Position numbers and translations under genes: made by a program. A stretch of 37,205 bases of DNA from positions 15,691,087-15,728,291 of the forward strand of contig NC_068986.1 in the NCBI RefSeq assembly GCF_001194135.2, read 5' to 3'. Source of the stretch: Octopus bimaculoides. Its lineage: Eukaryota. The notes under the pieces are model-generated. The model was given only the letters and a program-made list of their open reading frames with translations, searched no databases and was not told the DNA's origin. Within the stretch, counting starts at the first letter, position 1. Every line of letters begins with the position of its first letter. Shown one piece after another: positions 21,241-33,123 of this stretch.

Positions 21241-21490
21241 TGTAGACTGGTAAAAATGTTTTTATTTTTCATTCTCTTTCGAAATTATCCCTATTTTTGT
21301 GGTATAGAATTTTTTGCTACTCTTTCTAGCGGGTAGATGTCCTATNNNNNNNNNNTCTTTCGAAATTATCCCTATTTTTGTGGTATAGAATTTTTTGCTA
21401 CTCTTTCTAGCGGGTAGATGTCCTATTATAGGCATCTCTATATTTTAAATGTATATATATATATATATGTATGTATAGTACATAGTACAA

Positions 21491-21538
21491 GCATAGTACA
21501 TAGACGATTGTTTATAAACAATCGTCTATGTACTATGC
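21491..21538. repeat. Perfect 48-bp spacerless palindrome
   Basis: gcatagtacatagacgattgttta|taaacaatcgtctatgtactatgc. Confidence 0.95.
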
Positions 21539-21754
21539 CGAATACATGAAATGTTCGTCGGGAATGTTGGTTTTTGCTTATTTCTATGTGTCTTGACCAT
21601 ACGTGTAATTACTGCGTTGATTATGAAGCCATTGGTTTACCGTTAAGTTAAAAGTTTCTAGGAGGTTAGATTTGAGAGTTGCATTCCCTCACGATCGATA
21701 AAAATGTGATTATTATAGTAGTTTGAATTCTGGAGTCATTCTTAGCGTGAAGCG

Positions 21755-22111
21755 TTACTGTATAGTAAGGACCTGGTCAAACATGGGGCTTCCTTCTTTC
21801 TGCTCTGCCATAGTAACCAAATTTGTGGAGATACCTGACATCAACTTCTCAGAGGTATTGCAACAAGGATTATCCTCCACACTTCTCTTAGCAAAGAGAA
21901 GGGTCTTGTCTGAGGACTCTGGTTCATCTGGACAAGGTGATGTGGACTCTTTCCTCTGTCTGGTGAATTGCACAATCACTCTGTTAACTGTAGAAAGCGA
22001 GATCCTAAGGTTTTCTTCGATTTTACGCTGACTATATCCACCTTCAAAATGACCCACAATACGGCCTCTTTGAATTTGAGACAGTTCCAAGACTTCTTTT
22101 GTACATGGCAT
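21755..22111 (-). mobile_element. Tc1-family transposase N-terminal (paired-like HTH) fragment
   Basis: [38 protein letters not shown] is a typical Tc1 HTH. Truncated before the DDE domain. Confidence 0.8.
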
Positions 22112-22239
22112 GATTAAACAGTGACGTGTAAAGTCTGAAACATAAAAAAAATCATTAATAATAAATATAAATCTTTACAAATTAGAATAAATAGAAAACG
22201 ATGTTTTATGGGGTGTCTATTTATTTATAACATGTGTGT

Positions 22240-22240
22240 A

Positions 22241-22280
<40 letters not shown>

Positions 22281-22281
22281 A
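22240..22281. repeat. (CTAT)n microsatellite running into a gap
   Basis: Visible directly. Confidence 0.95.
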
Positions 22282-22419
22282 NNNNNNNNNNNNNNNNNNN
22301 NNNNNNNNNNNNNNNNNNNNNNNNNNNNNNNNNNNNNNNNNNNNNNNNNNNNNNNNNNNNNNNNNNNNNNNNNNNNNNNNNNNNNNNNNNNNNNNNNNAT
22401 ATATATATATATATATATA

Positions 22420-22497
22420 AAAGGATAAGCTCATTAAAAGGAATCCGTGGGAAACTCATTTAAATAAAGGGTTGGGACCAGCTGTTGGGAACCACTG
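22420..22497 (-). mobile_element. Single hAT(Charlie)-like terminal repeat
   Basis: The minus strand begins CAGTGGTTCCCAAC. No partner end was found; it may lie in the adjacent gap. Confidence 0.4.
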
Positions 22498-22689
22498 AAC
22501 TAAGTAATAAAGTAATCTGAAAAATCCATTGATAAATGTCTTAGAAATCGAATCCACTATTTTAAATACGTCAAAAGTATGAGTTAAAGATCGACATTCA
22601 ATTTTAGTTACATGCCATGTGAAATCATTGGGTACATAATATCGTTGATGTAATGACGTCTCTAAAGTATCAGTGGCAATTAAAAATTA

Positions 22690-22792
22690 CAATGATGATG
22701 AAAGTCATGATGATGATAGTCATGATAATGATTGTCATGATGATGATAGTCATGATGATGATGATGATGATGATGACGATGACGATGACGAT
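22690..22792. repeat. (ATG/GAC)n microsatellite
   Basis: Visible directly. Confidence 0.9.
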
Positions 22793-23205
22793 GAGGAGGG
22801 GGAAGAAAAACAGGTGTAAAATAATATCGATAGGAAAAATATGATGCAAATCCCAACGAAATTAATTAACAAGTGGATCCTATATGCGTTTACTAACCCC
22901 TTATGTATATATATATATTTGCATTTTATCGTGATAAGTGCAGGTGCGATGTTACAGTTAATTTTGAATCAATACAAGTCATTATTACCATTCTCAAATA
23001 TAATCATTAAAAGCATGCGACGTTATGAATATTCTATTTCACTCTAAATCACATCTTTTCTATATTGTATAACACAACGGAAGATCCTAATATATATATT
23101 TGTATACCGATGTAGTTGACATTCATGAATCCATTGACCAAACTGTATATGGAACGATATTCTAGTAGCGTTATACGAGTGTATATTTTTTATTCTTTTA
23201 TTAAT

Positions 23206-23580
23206 TTACTTGTTTCAGTCGTTTGACTGCGGCCATGCTGGTGCACCACCTTTAGTCGAGCAAATCGACCCCGGGACTAGTTCATTGTAAGCCTAGTGTT
23301 TATTCTATCGGTCACGTTTGCCAAACAGGTAACTTACGGGGATGTAAACGCACCAGCATTACTTGTGAATGGGGGGGGGGAACACGGACACACAAACACA
23401 CACACACATATATTCAACGGTTTGTTCCAGTTTCCGTCTACCAAACCCACTCACAAATTTTGGTCGACGCGCGGCTATAGCAGAAGACACTTGCCCAAGG
23501 TGCTATGCAGTGGCACTGAACCCGGAACCCGGAAATATGTGGCTGGCAAGCATGCTACTTACACACACACACGCACGCAC
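23206..23580 (-). mobile_element. SINE family B, near full length
   Basis: tttacttgtttcagtcgtttgactgcggccatgctgg...agaagacacttgcccaaggtgc... Confidence 0.85.
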
Positions 23581-23616
23581 CCCCCATATATATATACATA
23601 CACACACATAGATAGC

Positions 23617-23877
23617 GGGATGTTGAGGTGGTTTGGCGACATGGAGAGGATGGATGATGAGAGGATGGTAAGGAGGATGACAAAGGCATAAGTGGTAGGC
23701 AGTAGAACCAAACGCAAACCTTGGGTCATGTGGATGAATGGAGTAAGGAAAGCTTTGATGGTTAGAGGTGTTGGAGTGAGAGATGGACACGAGTTTATAA
23801 ATAATAGGAAAACTTGGAGAGTATTTGTGGATGGATGAGTTAATTTGTTGTTGCTCAAAGGGGTATGGAAGCAGCAC
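23617..23877 (+). mobile_element. RTE-clade LINE 3' end (C-terminus of ORF, one stop)
   Basis: GMLRWFGDMERMDDERMVRRMTKA*VVGSRTKRKPWVMWMNGVRKAL...NRKTWRVFVDG* matches the RLRWFGHVxRM...RGRP..W..V..D...DR..WR tail of RTE elements. Confidence 0.8.
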
Positions 23878-24122
23878 NNNNNNNNNNNNNNNNNNNNNNN
23901 NNNNNNNNNNNNNNNNNNNNNNNNNNNNNNNNNNNNNNNNNNNNNNNNNNNNNNNNNNNNNNNNNNNNNNNNNNNNNNNNNNNNNNNNNNNNNNNNNNNN
24001 NNNNNNNNNNNNNNNNNNNNNNNNNNNNNNNNNNNNNNNNNNNNNNNNNNNNNNNNNNNNNNNNNNNNNNNNNNNNNNNNNNNNNNNNNNNNNNNNNNNN
24101 NNNNNNNNNNNNNNNNNNNNNN

Positions 24123-24184
<62 letters not shown>

Positions 24185-25264
24185 TATATATATATATATA
24201 TATGCATACACACTGACACACACATACACTGACACACACACTCACATGCCCACACACAAAAGATCTACATATATGCATACATGCATACGCACGTACATTA
24301 CACATACCATACGTGTATTTTTTGTTCATGTGACCGACTCAATTTGTTCAACTACATTCTCCAAGGGATTGAAATGAATAAAGGACAAAATATATTTAAA
24401 AGTAGGCACAAAGCTGTTGCTTACTCGTTTGACTTTTCCGTGTGACTGAGTTTAATCTAATTAATTCCAGTATTTTGCCCAGATGGCGACATTGAGATGG
24501 GTACGTCATTAGACAGGATTTACTGTTCTGTAAACTGAGTAGGATTGGAAAATTAACATATTTACATAAAACACATTACTGGTGTCATTTGCTGAAAGAT
24601 AACATGTGCATAAATAATCAGACAGTTAATTTGGAAGTAATATATTTAAGACAATATAGCAAAAATCTAATTAAAAATAATAACTAGGTGCCAAGACTGT
24701 AATAAACACTTGAAAAATTGTAAAAATAGTTTTAGTTGAAATATTACTTAATTTCTAGATTTTTTAATTTTATTTTTCATTTTTTCTAGTTTCAGCTCAT
24801 GAGCTGTGGCCATACTAGGGCACCGCCATTATGTTATTTTCTTTTCCAAAAGCTGCATTTTAAGATATATATATATATATATANNNNNNNNNNNNNNNNN
24901 NNNNNNNNNNNNNNNNNNNNNNNNNNNNNNNNNNNNNNNNNNNNNNNNNNNNNNNNNNNNNNNNNNNNNNNNNNNNNNNNNNNNNNNNNNNNNNNNNNNN
25001 NNNNNNNNNNNNNNNNNNNNNNNNNNNNNNNNNNNNNNNNNNNNNNNNNNNNNNNNNNNNNNNNNNNNNNNNNNNNNNNNNNNNNNNNNNNNNNNNNNNN
25101 NNNNNNNNNNNNNNNNNNNNNNNNNNNNNNNNNNNNNNNNNNNNNNNNNNNNNNNNNNNNNNNNNNNNNNNNNNNNNNNNNNNNNNNNNATATATATATA
25201 TATATATATATATAACACCTTAGGCGGTGATCTTGCAGAAATGTTTAAAAATTATAATATCGAC

Positions 25265-25457
25265 GTGCTGGTGGAAACGTTAGCACGCCGGCAAAATGCT
25301 TAGCGGTATTTCGTCTACTGTTACGTCCCGAGTTCAAATTCCGCCATGGTCGACTTTGCCTTTTATCCTTTCAGGGTCGATGTAATCGACTTAATCCCTT
25401 TGTCTGTCCTTGTTTGTCTCCTCTATGTTTAACCCCTTGTGGGCTATAAAGAAATAT
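25265..25457 (+). mobile_element. SINE family A with an internal deletion
   Basis: Well-preserved head and tail, but only one of the two gggtcgat repeats remains. Confidence 0.85.
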
Positions 25458-26403
25458 GAAGCGTTAGCAAGATTTTAGATATGTAAATTAGCTTTGTGTA
25501 CTAGATCTTTGTATTAGTTACGTTAGCAAGGTTTTAAATATTCATTCCTTGTAACATGCACTTTTGTTTTGCATATCCTGTTTTATTTCTTAGTACTTTT
25601 GCAAAAATAATTCCTTATATGATTTTCAATTTTAGTTTATTGGCAATGGCGGATAGAATACAAGAAACAACGAAATTGAATAACGAACATATTTTCTGAA
25701 GAAAATTCTATTCAACTAATAAATTGAAATTTCACAAATAAATCACGACTAGAGTACGCACACGTGACACAGAGAACCTGTTCTAAGCATTTTGTTGAGG
25801 CCCAGATACCCCATTTAATTTGAATTCTTCATATAAAAGATATTCTATTTAGAAAATGTTTTTCATAACTACCGTGTCAAAAACATTAACCTTAGATTGA
25901 CCGAAAGAATACAAGTTAAAAAAAAAAGCGAATATACACCCATAGAGATATACATATATGTATATACTTATGTATTTGCTATTGATAAATGGACAAAAAC
26001 CAATAGTATTTCATGTCTTTATTTGGAGTTTGTGTGTAGCTGCAAAAAGCGTAATAACCCCTTTTATATGTATTTGAATTACTCATGTACGGAACAATTA
26101 AGTCATTGAAGAAGGCTGTGGAAGGAATAATGTTCGTATATAGAGACGCACTCTATTTTATCCCGTTACTTGTAGGTGACTTATGATAAAATTTTACCCA
26201 TTATCTTTCACCACAAATTTCTCTCACTCTTTCTTCCTGTTTCTAAATAATGTTGCACTGTTTTACAGTTTCTTCCGTTAGATAGCAATATTTTCTAATA
26301 GAATCTATAGCTAAAATAGGATTATTGCAGAAACTACTCTACGTATTTCGTATGTGTATTTCGTGTGCAAGATTCTTGATGTGGATACGTGTGTTGAAAG
26401 AAA

Positions 26404-26498
26404 TACAATTAAACCTTGGGAGGGGCCTTATGCCGGTAATAATGAACCAGTGCGTGTGTTTATTACCGGCATAATGCCTCTCCCAAGGTTTAATTGTA
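26404..26498. repeat. 95-nt fold-back (39-bp arms with 2 differences, 17-nt loop); likely a Tc/pogo-type mini-MITE
   Basis: tacaattaaaccttgggaggggccttatgccggtaataa / ttattaccggcataatgcctctcccaaggtttaattgta; both ends TA. Confidence 0.8.
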
Positions 26499-26839
26499 CT
26501 CTACGTAACTTTCATTCAAAGTTGGTTTGGTTCAGTTAATAATCCAGCACAAAAACAAAAACAAAAACAGAAAAACCTGAAATGGCACTAGAATATACCA
26601 GAAGAGTGCATTTTAGAAAATATTAAAATCCATGACATTCAGCAGATAGCACAATGTTTGTGACCACGATTGCAATTCACTTTAGACGGAGAAGTTTTGA
26701 GACATTTCGTTCTTATTTTTACATCTTATGAAATTAGTCATTGTTTTAGATATGCTAAAGAGAAAACCAACTTTCTCGAACTATCGCGGAATCCTGTACC
26801 CTTTACACTCATATTAATTATAAATAGTACTCTTTCTTT

Positions 26840-27292
26840 TTTACTCGTTTTACTTGTTTCAGTCGTCTGACTGCGGCCATGCTGGAGCACCGCTTTTAGT
26901 CGAGCAAATCGACACCGGGACTTAGTCTTTGTAAGACTAGTACTTATTATATTGGTCTAGTTTGCCGTACCGCTAAGTTACGGGGACGTAAACACACCAG
27001 CATCGGTTATCAAGCGATGGTGGGGGGTGGGGATAAACACAGACACACACATATACACACACACATACACGGCCACAGCTCATGAGCTGAAACTAGATAA
27101 ACTGAAAAATGAAATGAAATACATATATACAACAGGTTTCTTTCAGTTTCTGTCTACCAAATCCACTCACAAGGCGTTGGTCAGCCCGAGGCTATAGTAG
27201 AAGACACTTGTCCAAGGTGCCACGCAATGGGGCTGAATCCAGAACCATGTGGCTGGTAAGCAAGCTACTTACCACACATCCACTCCTTCGCC
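26840..27292 (-). mobile_element. SINE family B, full length, with a nested short + strand tail fragment at ~27070-27110
   Basis: Complete reverse-complement tail, middle and head. The nested cggccacagctcatgagctgaaactag matches 24784-24827 in reverse. Confidence 0.85.
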
Positions 27293-27862
27293 TATAGTAG
27301 CAAATATTTCTCAAACTTAACCCTGCATTGAAAATATTAGAATACTTTTTCTTTACGTACATATATGGTTGTGTAGTGTGCATGATATGAAAATAAAGCA
27401 GAACACAAAATGGGTTGGTAAAAAAAGATTTCTTGTTAGATGAACTCAACTAGAAATGGACTAGATATACATTAAATGAGAAACATGTCTAAATTGATAA
27501 AAACAACATATTGCATCAAATTATAATATATTTAACACACTTACAAAAAACAGTCATAGAGAGTTTCAGTATTCTCTGCCTGCGCACATTTTTAATTAAA
27601 ATGCAAATGTTTTTTTAACAAAGAGGACAGTTGCACTCTCCGTGTGATAAAAACATTGGAAAGTAGGTCGTTTGCTCTTAAAGTAAAACATTTCAATAGA
27701 AGTGCTAATTTCTTAATATGATATTTCGCCTACGGTTTCTAAATAATATGCCTTCGAGTAGGAAAGGCAAGCATGACTTACGAGTTTAGTTTCGGATTAT
27801 AATTCATAATTTATATTCCCTTATCAGGTTCCCAGATCAGATTGCTGATTACGAACTTGTTA

Positions 27863-27970
27863 CAGTAATCCCCCGATTATCGCGGGTGTTATGCTCTAAA
27901 ATGCTGCCCCACGATAGGTGAAAATCCGGGAAGTAGAAACAGCATTATATTGTATATTTTTTTAATCATT
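27863..27970. mobile_element. Partial copy of the same Tigger-like MITE, opposite orientation
   Basis: TA|cagtaatcccccgattatcgcggg. The internal ccccacgataggtgaaaatccgggaagtagaaacagca is the reverse complement of 30967-31005. Confidence 0.65.
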
Positions 27971-28379
27971 TTTATAATTTGTATATATTTATTTTATTAT
28001 AAATGTGATCACGATTATATTATATATTATGAAAACATGATAGTTTGTTATATAAAAAAAAGCATAAATACAATATAACATGAGTAAGTTTTATAAATTC
28101 ATATTTTTTATCTATTCCATCCATTAGTTATGTATTGCGTAACACTCAGAATATCTTAAACAGTTATTCGAAAATGATTAGCTATGCACACTCGCGCTAC
28201 ACAAATTGCATTTCACGTACTTTGATATTCCAAAGATGTCGACTCTTACTGTTGCACATTGCTGCACTTGGTACGATAGGCCATATGCTGTCTTCAATAG
28301 CTGACATGTTGTCGGCTGTGGTATTTTTATTCGCACGTGGGCAGATAACCGACAAGACGATGTTAGGTTACTTACGATA

Positions 28380-28672
28380 GGAGGCGCAATGGCTCCATGT
28401 TTAGAGCAGCGAACTGGCGGTCATAGGATCACAGTTTCGATTCCCAGACCGAGCGTTGTGAGTGTTTATTGAGTTTCTTCTTGTTTCTGTTGTACTTGTA
28501 TTTCAAAGGGCCAGCGTTGTCAAACTCTGTGTCACACTGAATCTCCCCAAGAACTACCATAAGGGTACAAGTGTGTGTGAAGTGCTCAGCCAATTGCACG
28601 TTAATTTCATGATCATGCTGTTTGGTTGATCGGATCAACTAGAACACTCGTTATCGTAACCGACGGATTGCC
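28380..28672 (+). mobile_element. tRNA-derived SINE, family D, internally deleted
   Basis: Head ggaggcgcaatggc...tttcgattcccagacc; tail ttgatcggatcaactagaacactcg...cgacggattgcc. Confidence 0.75.
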
Positions 28673-29056
28673 GCGATAAGTTTCTATCACCTGCGTGAGT
28701 AATAAAAGGCTATACATTCTTCGAGAGCAGCGATCTGTCGCGCTGAGATTGGTATATTCGGTTTATTAGCGGTCGATGCTTTTAAGTTCAGTTGCTGGGC
28801 GTACTTCTGTGTTCATATTTAAAGATTCTGAGTGGAGTAGGTGTATATATATATTACTAATGGAAGCATAATTAGAAATTATGTGGCGTTCTTTCGTCAG
28901 TCAAGTTACCAAATGTCCTTACAGTTTCGGGCGGTTACACTTCAGATTATTCGATCTGGTTGGTCCCAGGAAAGTCTACACTAAGAACATTAGAATTTTT
29001 GTAAGAAATCAAGCGAATGTTTATGACAACAAAGACAAAAAATCGGGAAAATTATA

Positions 29057-29201
29057 AATAATAAGGGTGGCTTGCGCGCAATTTTACAACCAAAAGGCAG
29101 AAATGTATACGTCACTAAAGTGATTGACAATAATAATCAGCACCGGTATCGATATGAATAAGATTAAAACAACAAATTCCTAACAAGCCACCCTTATTAT
29201 T
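29057..29201. mobile_element. Small MITE-like element with perfect 18-bp terminal inverted repeats
   Basis: aataataagggtggcttg (29057-29074) / caagccacccttattatt (29184-29201). Confidence 0.55.
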
Positions 29202-29540
29202 CACACCCACAAACACACATGCACGCACACAGATACACAAACACGCATATTTTCAATTAGAGGTTAACCTCATGAAAAGATGGTTTCAAGGAAATACTGG
29301 TTCAATACTAGGTATTTTGGGGGATTAATTCCCTTAAAATAATAGGTATATACATATAAAAACATAGCTTTCATTCATATAAAAGAAGAAAAATAAAATG
29401 AAGGTGGAAAGTTAATAATTGCTTATTATTAGTAGGAAATTAATCATCTTTCTTTACAGCTGTTTCAATTAATCTGTAGTAAATATTAAGTAAATATCTA
29501 ACTTATATGACGTGAGAATAACTTGAGAGAGACAAATATA

Positions 29541-29640
29541 CCCTTTCATCCTTTAGGGTAGATAAATTGAGTACCAGCTGCGCACTGGGGTCGATCAAAT
29601 CGACTGGTCTCCTCCCCCAAAACTTCGGGCCTTGTAAGCA
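29541..29640 (+). mobile_element. SINE family A, 3' fragment
   Basis: ctttcatcctttagggtagataaattgagtaccagctgcgcactggggtcgat. Confidence 0.75.
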
Positions 29641-29709
29641 GAACAGAACAGAATAATAATGGACTTAGTAACTTCCCAATCTGAATTTTCTTTTCCCGCT
29701 TATATATAC

Positions 29710-30064
29710 TCTTTGACTTGTCTCAGTCATTTCAGTGAGGCCATGCAGGAGCACCGCCTATAGACGAGCAAAAAGACACCGGGACTTATTCTTTTTAAGC
29801 CAAGTACTTATTCTATCGGTGTGTTTGGCAGAACCGCTAATTAATGAGGACGTACACACATACACAAGCATCGCTTCCGAAGCAATGTTGTGGGGGACAA
29901 ATACAGACACACAAAATACACACACACATAAACACACACAAACATATACACACACATATATATATATAGTAGAAGACACTTCACCAAGGTGCCACGCAGT
30001 GGGACTGAACCCGGAACCATTTGCTTGGTAAGCAAGCTGCTTAACACACACCTACTTCTGCGCC
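29710..30064 (-). mobile_element. SINE family B, internally deleted
   Basis: Tail at ~29710-29760; head agtagaagacacttcaccaaggtgccacgcagtgggactgaacccggaacc. Confidence 0.8.
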
Positions 30065-30089
30065 TCTCTCTCTATATATATATGTGTGT

Positions 30090-30275
30090 GAGTTTGTCTG
30101 TCTGTCTTGACTAAACTCCTCTTGACTAACTGCTGGTGGGTTTATTTTACTCGTAATTTTAGTGGCTCGGCAAAATAGACCGATAGATTAATTACCAAGC
30201 TTAAAACAAAACAAAAGAAATCAAGACGGTGCTCCGGCCTGACCACAGTTTAATGACTGAAACAAATATGGGAGT
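30090..30275 (+). mobile_element. SINE family B, 3' part, decayed
   Basis: ctcggcaaaatagaccgataga...gacggtgctccggcctgaccacagtttaatgactgaaacaa. Confidence 0.6.
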
Positions 30276-30694
30276 AAAGAACTTCATCAAATGAGGTAAA
30301 TATAGATGAGTGTACTTTAGATTACACAGAATAAAATGATTTCTCATCTATTTCTGGATGGAAATAATGCACCGAGTTTTACCATTCGTTTGTCAACAAG
30401 AATACGGAAATCTCAAATGAATGTATGCTCATATGATTTTATTGCCACCATTGTCTTAATTTTTGTAATCTAGTTCTTTATTACTTATTTTCACTGATGT
30501 GACATAAGCATAAAATTACCTTTGGGAAAAAGTAAATGAAGTTGTTTGCTCCTTCGCACACATATTCATGGTACATTTTCCGGCCGCTGAAGGATTAAAA
30601 GAGAACAGCTGAGGATTGAACTTGAAATGGTTGAATAGAATATAACATCAATCCATCGACTACTTTATGTATTGATTTGCAATTAACAGATATA

Positions 30695-31056
30695 CAGTAA
30701 TCCTTCACCATATCGTGGTTCACCTATCGCGGTTCACTTATCTCGGTTTATTATTTAACCTTACGTTGATTCCTTTGTGGTGTTGTCTTCCATTTATATT
30801 AAAATAAATATATACAGAGTAAAGATTGTTTACCAAAATAACATGGCAGACAATCTTTACTCTAGAGTACTATTGCTGAATGTCTCTCGTTGAGAGATTT
30901 ACAAATAGTAATTTTCTAAGTATATACAATTTATAATAATAATTTTAAAAAATGTATTCAGTACAGTGTTGTTTCTACTTCGGGGGTTTTCATCTATCGC
31001 GGGGGGGGGGGGGGGGTCTTTGGAAAGTCACACCCGTGGTAGCCGAGGGATTACAG
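30695..31056. mobile_element. Tigger/pogo-like MITE, ~360 bp, TA target duplications
   Basis: TA|cagtaatccttcaccatatcgtgg ... ccgtggtagccgagggattacag|TA (imperfect TIRs). Confidence 0.7.
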
Positions 31057-31804
31057 TACGAGTGTGCGAAAAATAGATATTTAGTTGCTTAAAATGAGTG
31101 GAATGTTCTTTTCATATCTCTGTTTCTCTTTTACGATGCCTATTTACCTATTTTTGTAGCATGAATATGTATGCGAAAGAGAAAACAACTTCATTTTCTT
31201 TTTCCTAAAGGTAATTTTTATAATTATGTCACATCAGTGAAAATAAGCAATAATAAACTAGATTAGAGAAATAAAGAAAAGGGGGCAACAAAATCGTTTG
31301 AGCATACATTTTTTTGAGATTTACGTATTTTGGAAACTCACACCCGCGGTAGCCGAGGGTTTAATAGATATTTAGTTGCTTAAAGTGAGTGGAATGTTCT
31401 TTTCATATCTCTGTTTCACTTTTACGAAACCTATTTACTTATTTTTGCCCCCCGCTGTATAATATTGATATCTATGTAATTTGAACTCATGACTGATGGT
31501 CTGAGCTAAGCATATATTGTCCAATGTTCCATTTACTTCATTCTTAATAGATTAAAATTGACATAAAAATTAGCTTACCTGCTTCTCAAACACACCTGTC
31601 CAAATGATTAATAGTTCTCTTCTTTTTACGGCACCACTCAGCCAATTATATGATGAAAATATCTCCACGTTTAAACTCCGTTTCATTCCGTTTTCCCTTC
31701 GAACTGTGGGTCTGTTATTTAGTTTCCGTGGCTTATAATTGATCGAAATCACAAGGTCTACTTTGGGTGGTACGACAGCTTGATGCGGAACAGGTTTCAA
31801 CCCC

Positions 31805-31983
31805 AGCAATTTCGAGAGAAGGGAGCCACTCGGTTACATAGCACTTGACAAGTACAATATTTTCTCAACCTCCGAAGAGATGAAAGACAAATCTGATCAT
31901 GGTGAAATTTGAACTCAGAACGTTAAGAGCCAGAAGTATAGTCACTAAGAATTTTGTGAGACTAACGATTCTACCAGTAATCC
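31805..31983 (-). mobile_element. SINE family A, decayed
   Basis: gatgaaagacaaa...gaaatttgaactcagaacgttaagagc...ctaacgattctaccag. Confidence 0.6.
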
Positions 31984-32084
31984 ATAGATTATTTTCCAGA
32001 AGACATTAACATATAGGAACCGGTATTATGGAAGGATAGGAAAATGTTAGATTTATAAGCCCTAAAATTCACTTCATAATTGCC

Positions 32085-32327
32085 CACGGTCATGTGGCGT
32101 AGTGGTTAAGAGGGCGGGTTACTAATATCAAAATTCCGAGTTCGATTCCATTTAGTGACCTGAATAATATTAATAATAACATCGAAAAATACCTTAGGAA
32201 TGAGAAACCAGGTTCGGCATTTCCCCAGGACACGTGAAGATGGCTCCAGAGTATGTCAGCCGAAAGGTTGTGTTAAAAACAAACAAGACAAGGATAAATA
32301 TACGTCAAATGCAAATTAAAAAAAAAA
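32085..32327 (+). mobile_element. SINE family C, full length (tRNA head, hammerhead-like tail, A-rich end)
   Basis: A box tggcgtagtgg (32095), B box gagttcgattcc (32138), tail homologous to 5465-5620, poly-A at ~32318. Confidence 0.85.
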
Positions 32328-32379
32328 GATCAACATAATTTCTTCTAATATCTTTCATCGGCATTTTATCCATAATCAT

Positions 32380-32797
32380 AACTGGTTTGAAATTTGGGGG
32401 AAAGACCCGCCCTTTTGGGAGACAGGGTACGCCGATTCCATCGACCTGCATTACTCAACTGGCATTCATTTTATAGTCCACAAAGGACGGAGAGAAAGTT
32501 CGACCTTGGTTAAATTGGACGGACGAAAGGATTCAAAGAATTGTGTGCCTCCTCGCTCCACGTCTGTAACAATTCATCCAGCTCGCTGATTACATGTTTA
32601 TAAATATTTTAGCAGTTTTTATGCGAGGCCAACAATTTTGGGTGGAGATGTAAATCGATTACATCGACCGCATTACTTACTTTTATCGGCTCCGATAGGA
32701 TGACAGAAGGTGACATTTGAACTCACAACTTAAAGACTGAAGAAAAACTGCTAAGCCTTTCGCTCGGCTTTCTAACGTTACTGCAATCTCATACCAC
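32380..32797 (-). mobile_element. Two decayed SINE family A copies (32380-32590, 32620-32797)
   Basis: Residual gattacatcgacc, atttgaactca and ccagctcgc motifs. Confidence 0.55.
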
Positions 32798-32951
32798 TTT
32801 AAGGTGTTCTAATTATTACTGCCAAAGTATACGCATTTGAAAACTGTGAAATGGGTGATTCACGACATGAAGGTGTTTTTCAGCTGTTGTTGTCATTTTA
32901 TGCTTATTTTCACTAATCAAACTGGCTCTTCGTTATCTCTGACCAAATATT

Positions 32952-33117
32952 CTTTTCTACTCTAGACACAAGGCAGACATTTTGGATGAGGGGGCCAGTC
33001 GATTAGATCGACCCCAGTAAGCAACTGGTACTTAATTTATCGACCTCGAAAGTATAAAAGGCAAAGTCGACCTCGGCGGAATTTGAACTCAGAATGTAAA
33101 GACAGACGAAATACCAA
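32952..33117 (-). mobile_element. SINE family A, truncated at gaaatacc where the LINE tail begins
   Basis: Young-looking copy (gtcgattagatcgaccccagtaagcaactggtacttaatttatcgacc...); the 5' part of the head is missing. Confidence 0.85.
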
Positions 33118-33123
33118 ATTCTT

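Noticed and set aside
21275-21425. Exact 70-bp direct repeat (21275-21345 / 21356-21425)
   Set aside because: The copies are identical and separated only by a 10-N gap, the signature of an unmerged contig overlap rather than a real duplication.
5820-25303. Many long ORFs containing X runs (e.g. 15517-16722, 15695-16978, 20218-20842, 24799-25303)
   Set aside because: They are open only because they read through N gaps.
31570-31809. 79-aa minus-strand ORF ending at a good donor site (CAG|GTAAGC)
   Set aside because: No ATG (TTG start), no clear acceptor and no recognisable homology. It could be a UTR exon but cannot be supported from sequence alone.
32085-32160. tRNA-like sequences with A and B boxes (also at 8824, 10100, 28380)
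   Set aside because: They continue into repeated SINE bodies and do not form complete cloverleaves; these are SINE heads, not tRNA genes.
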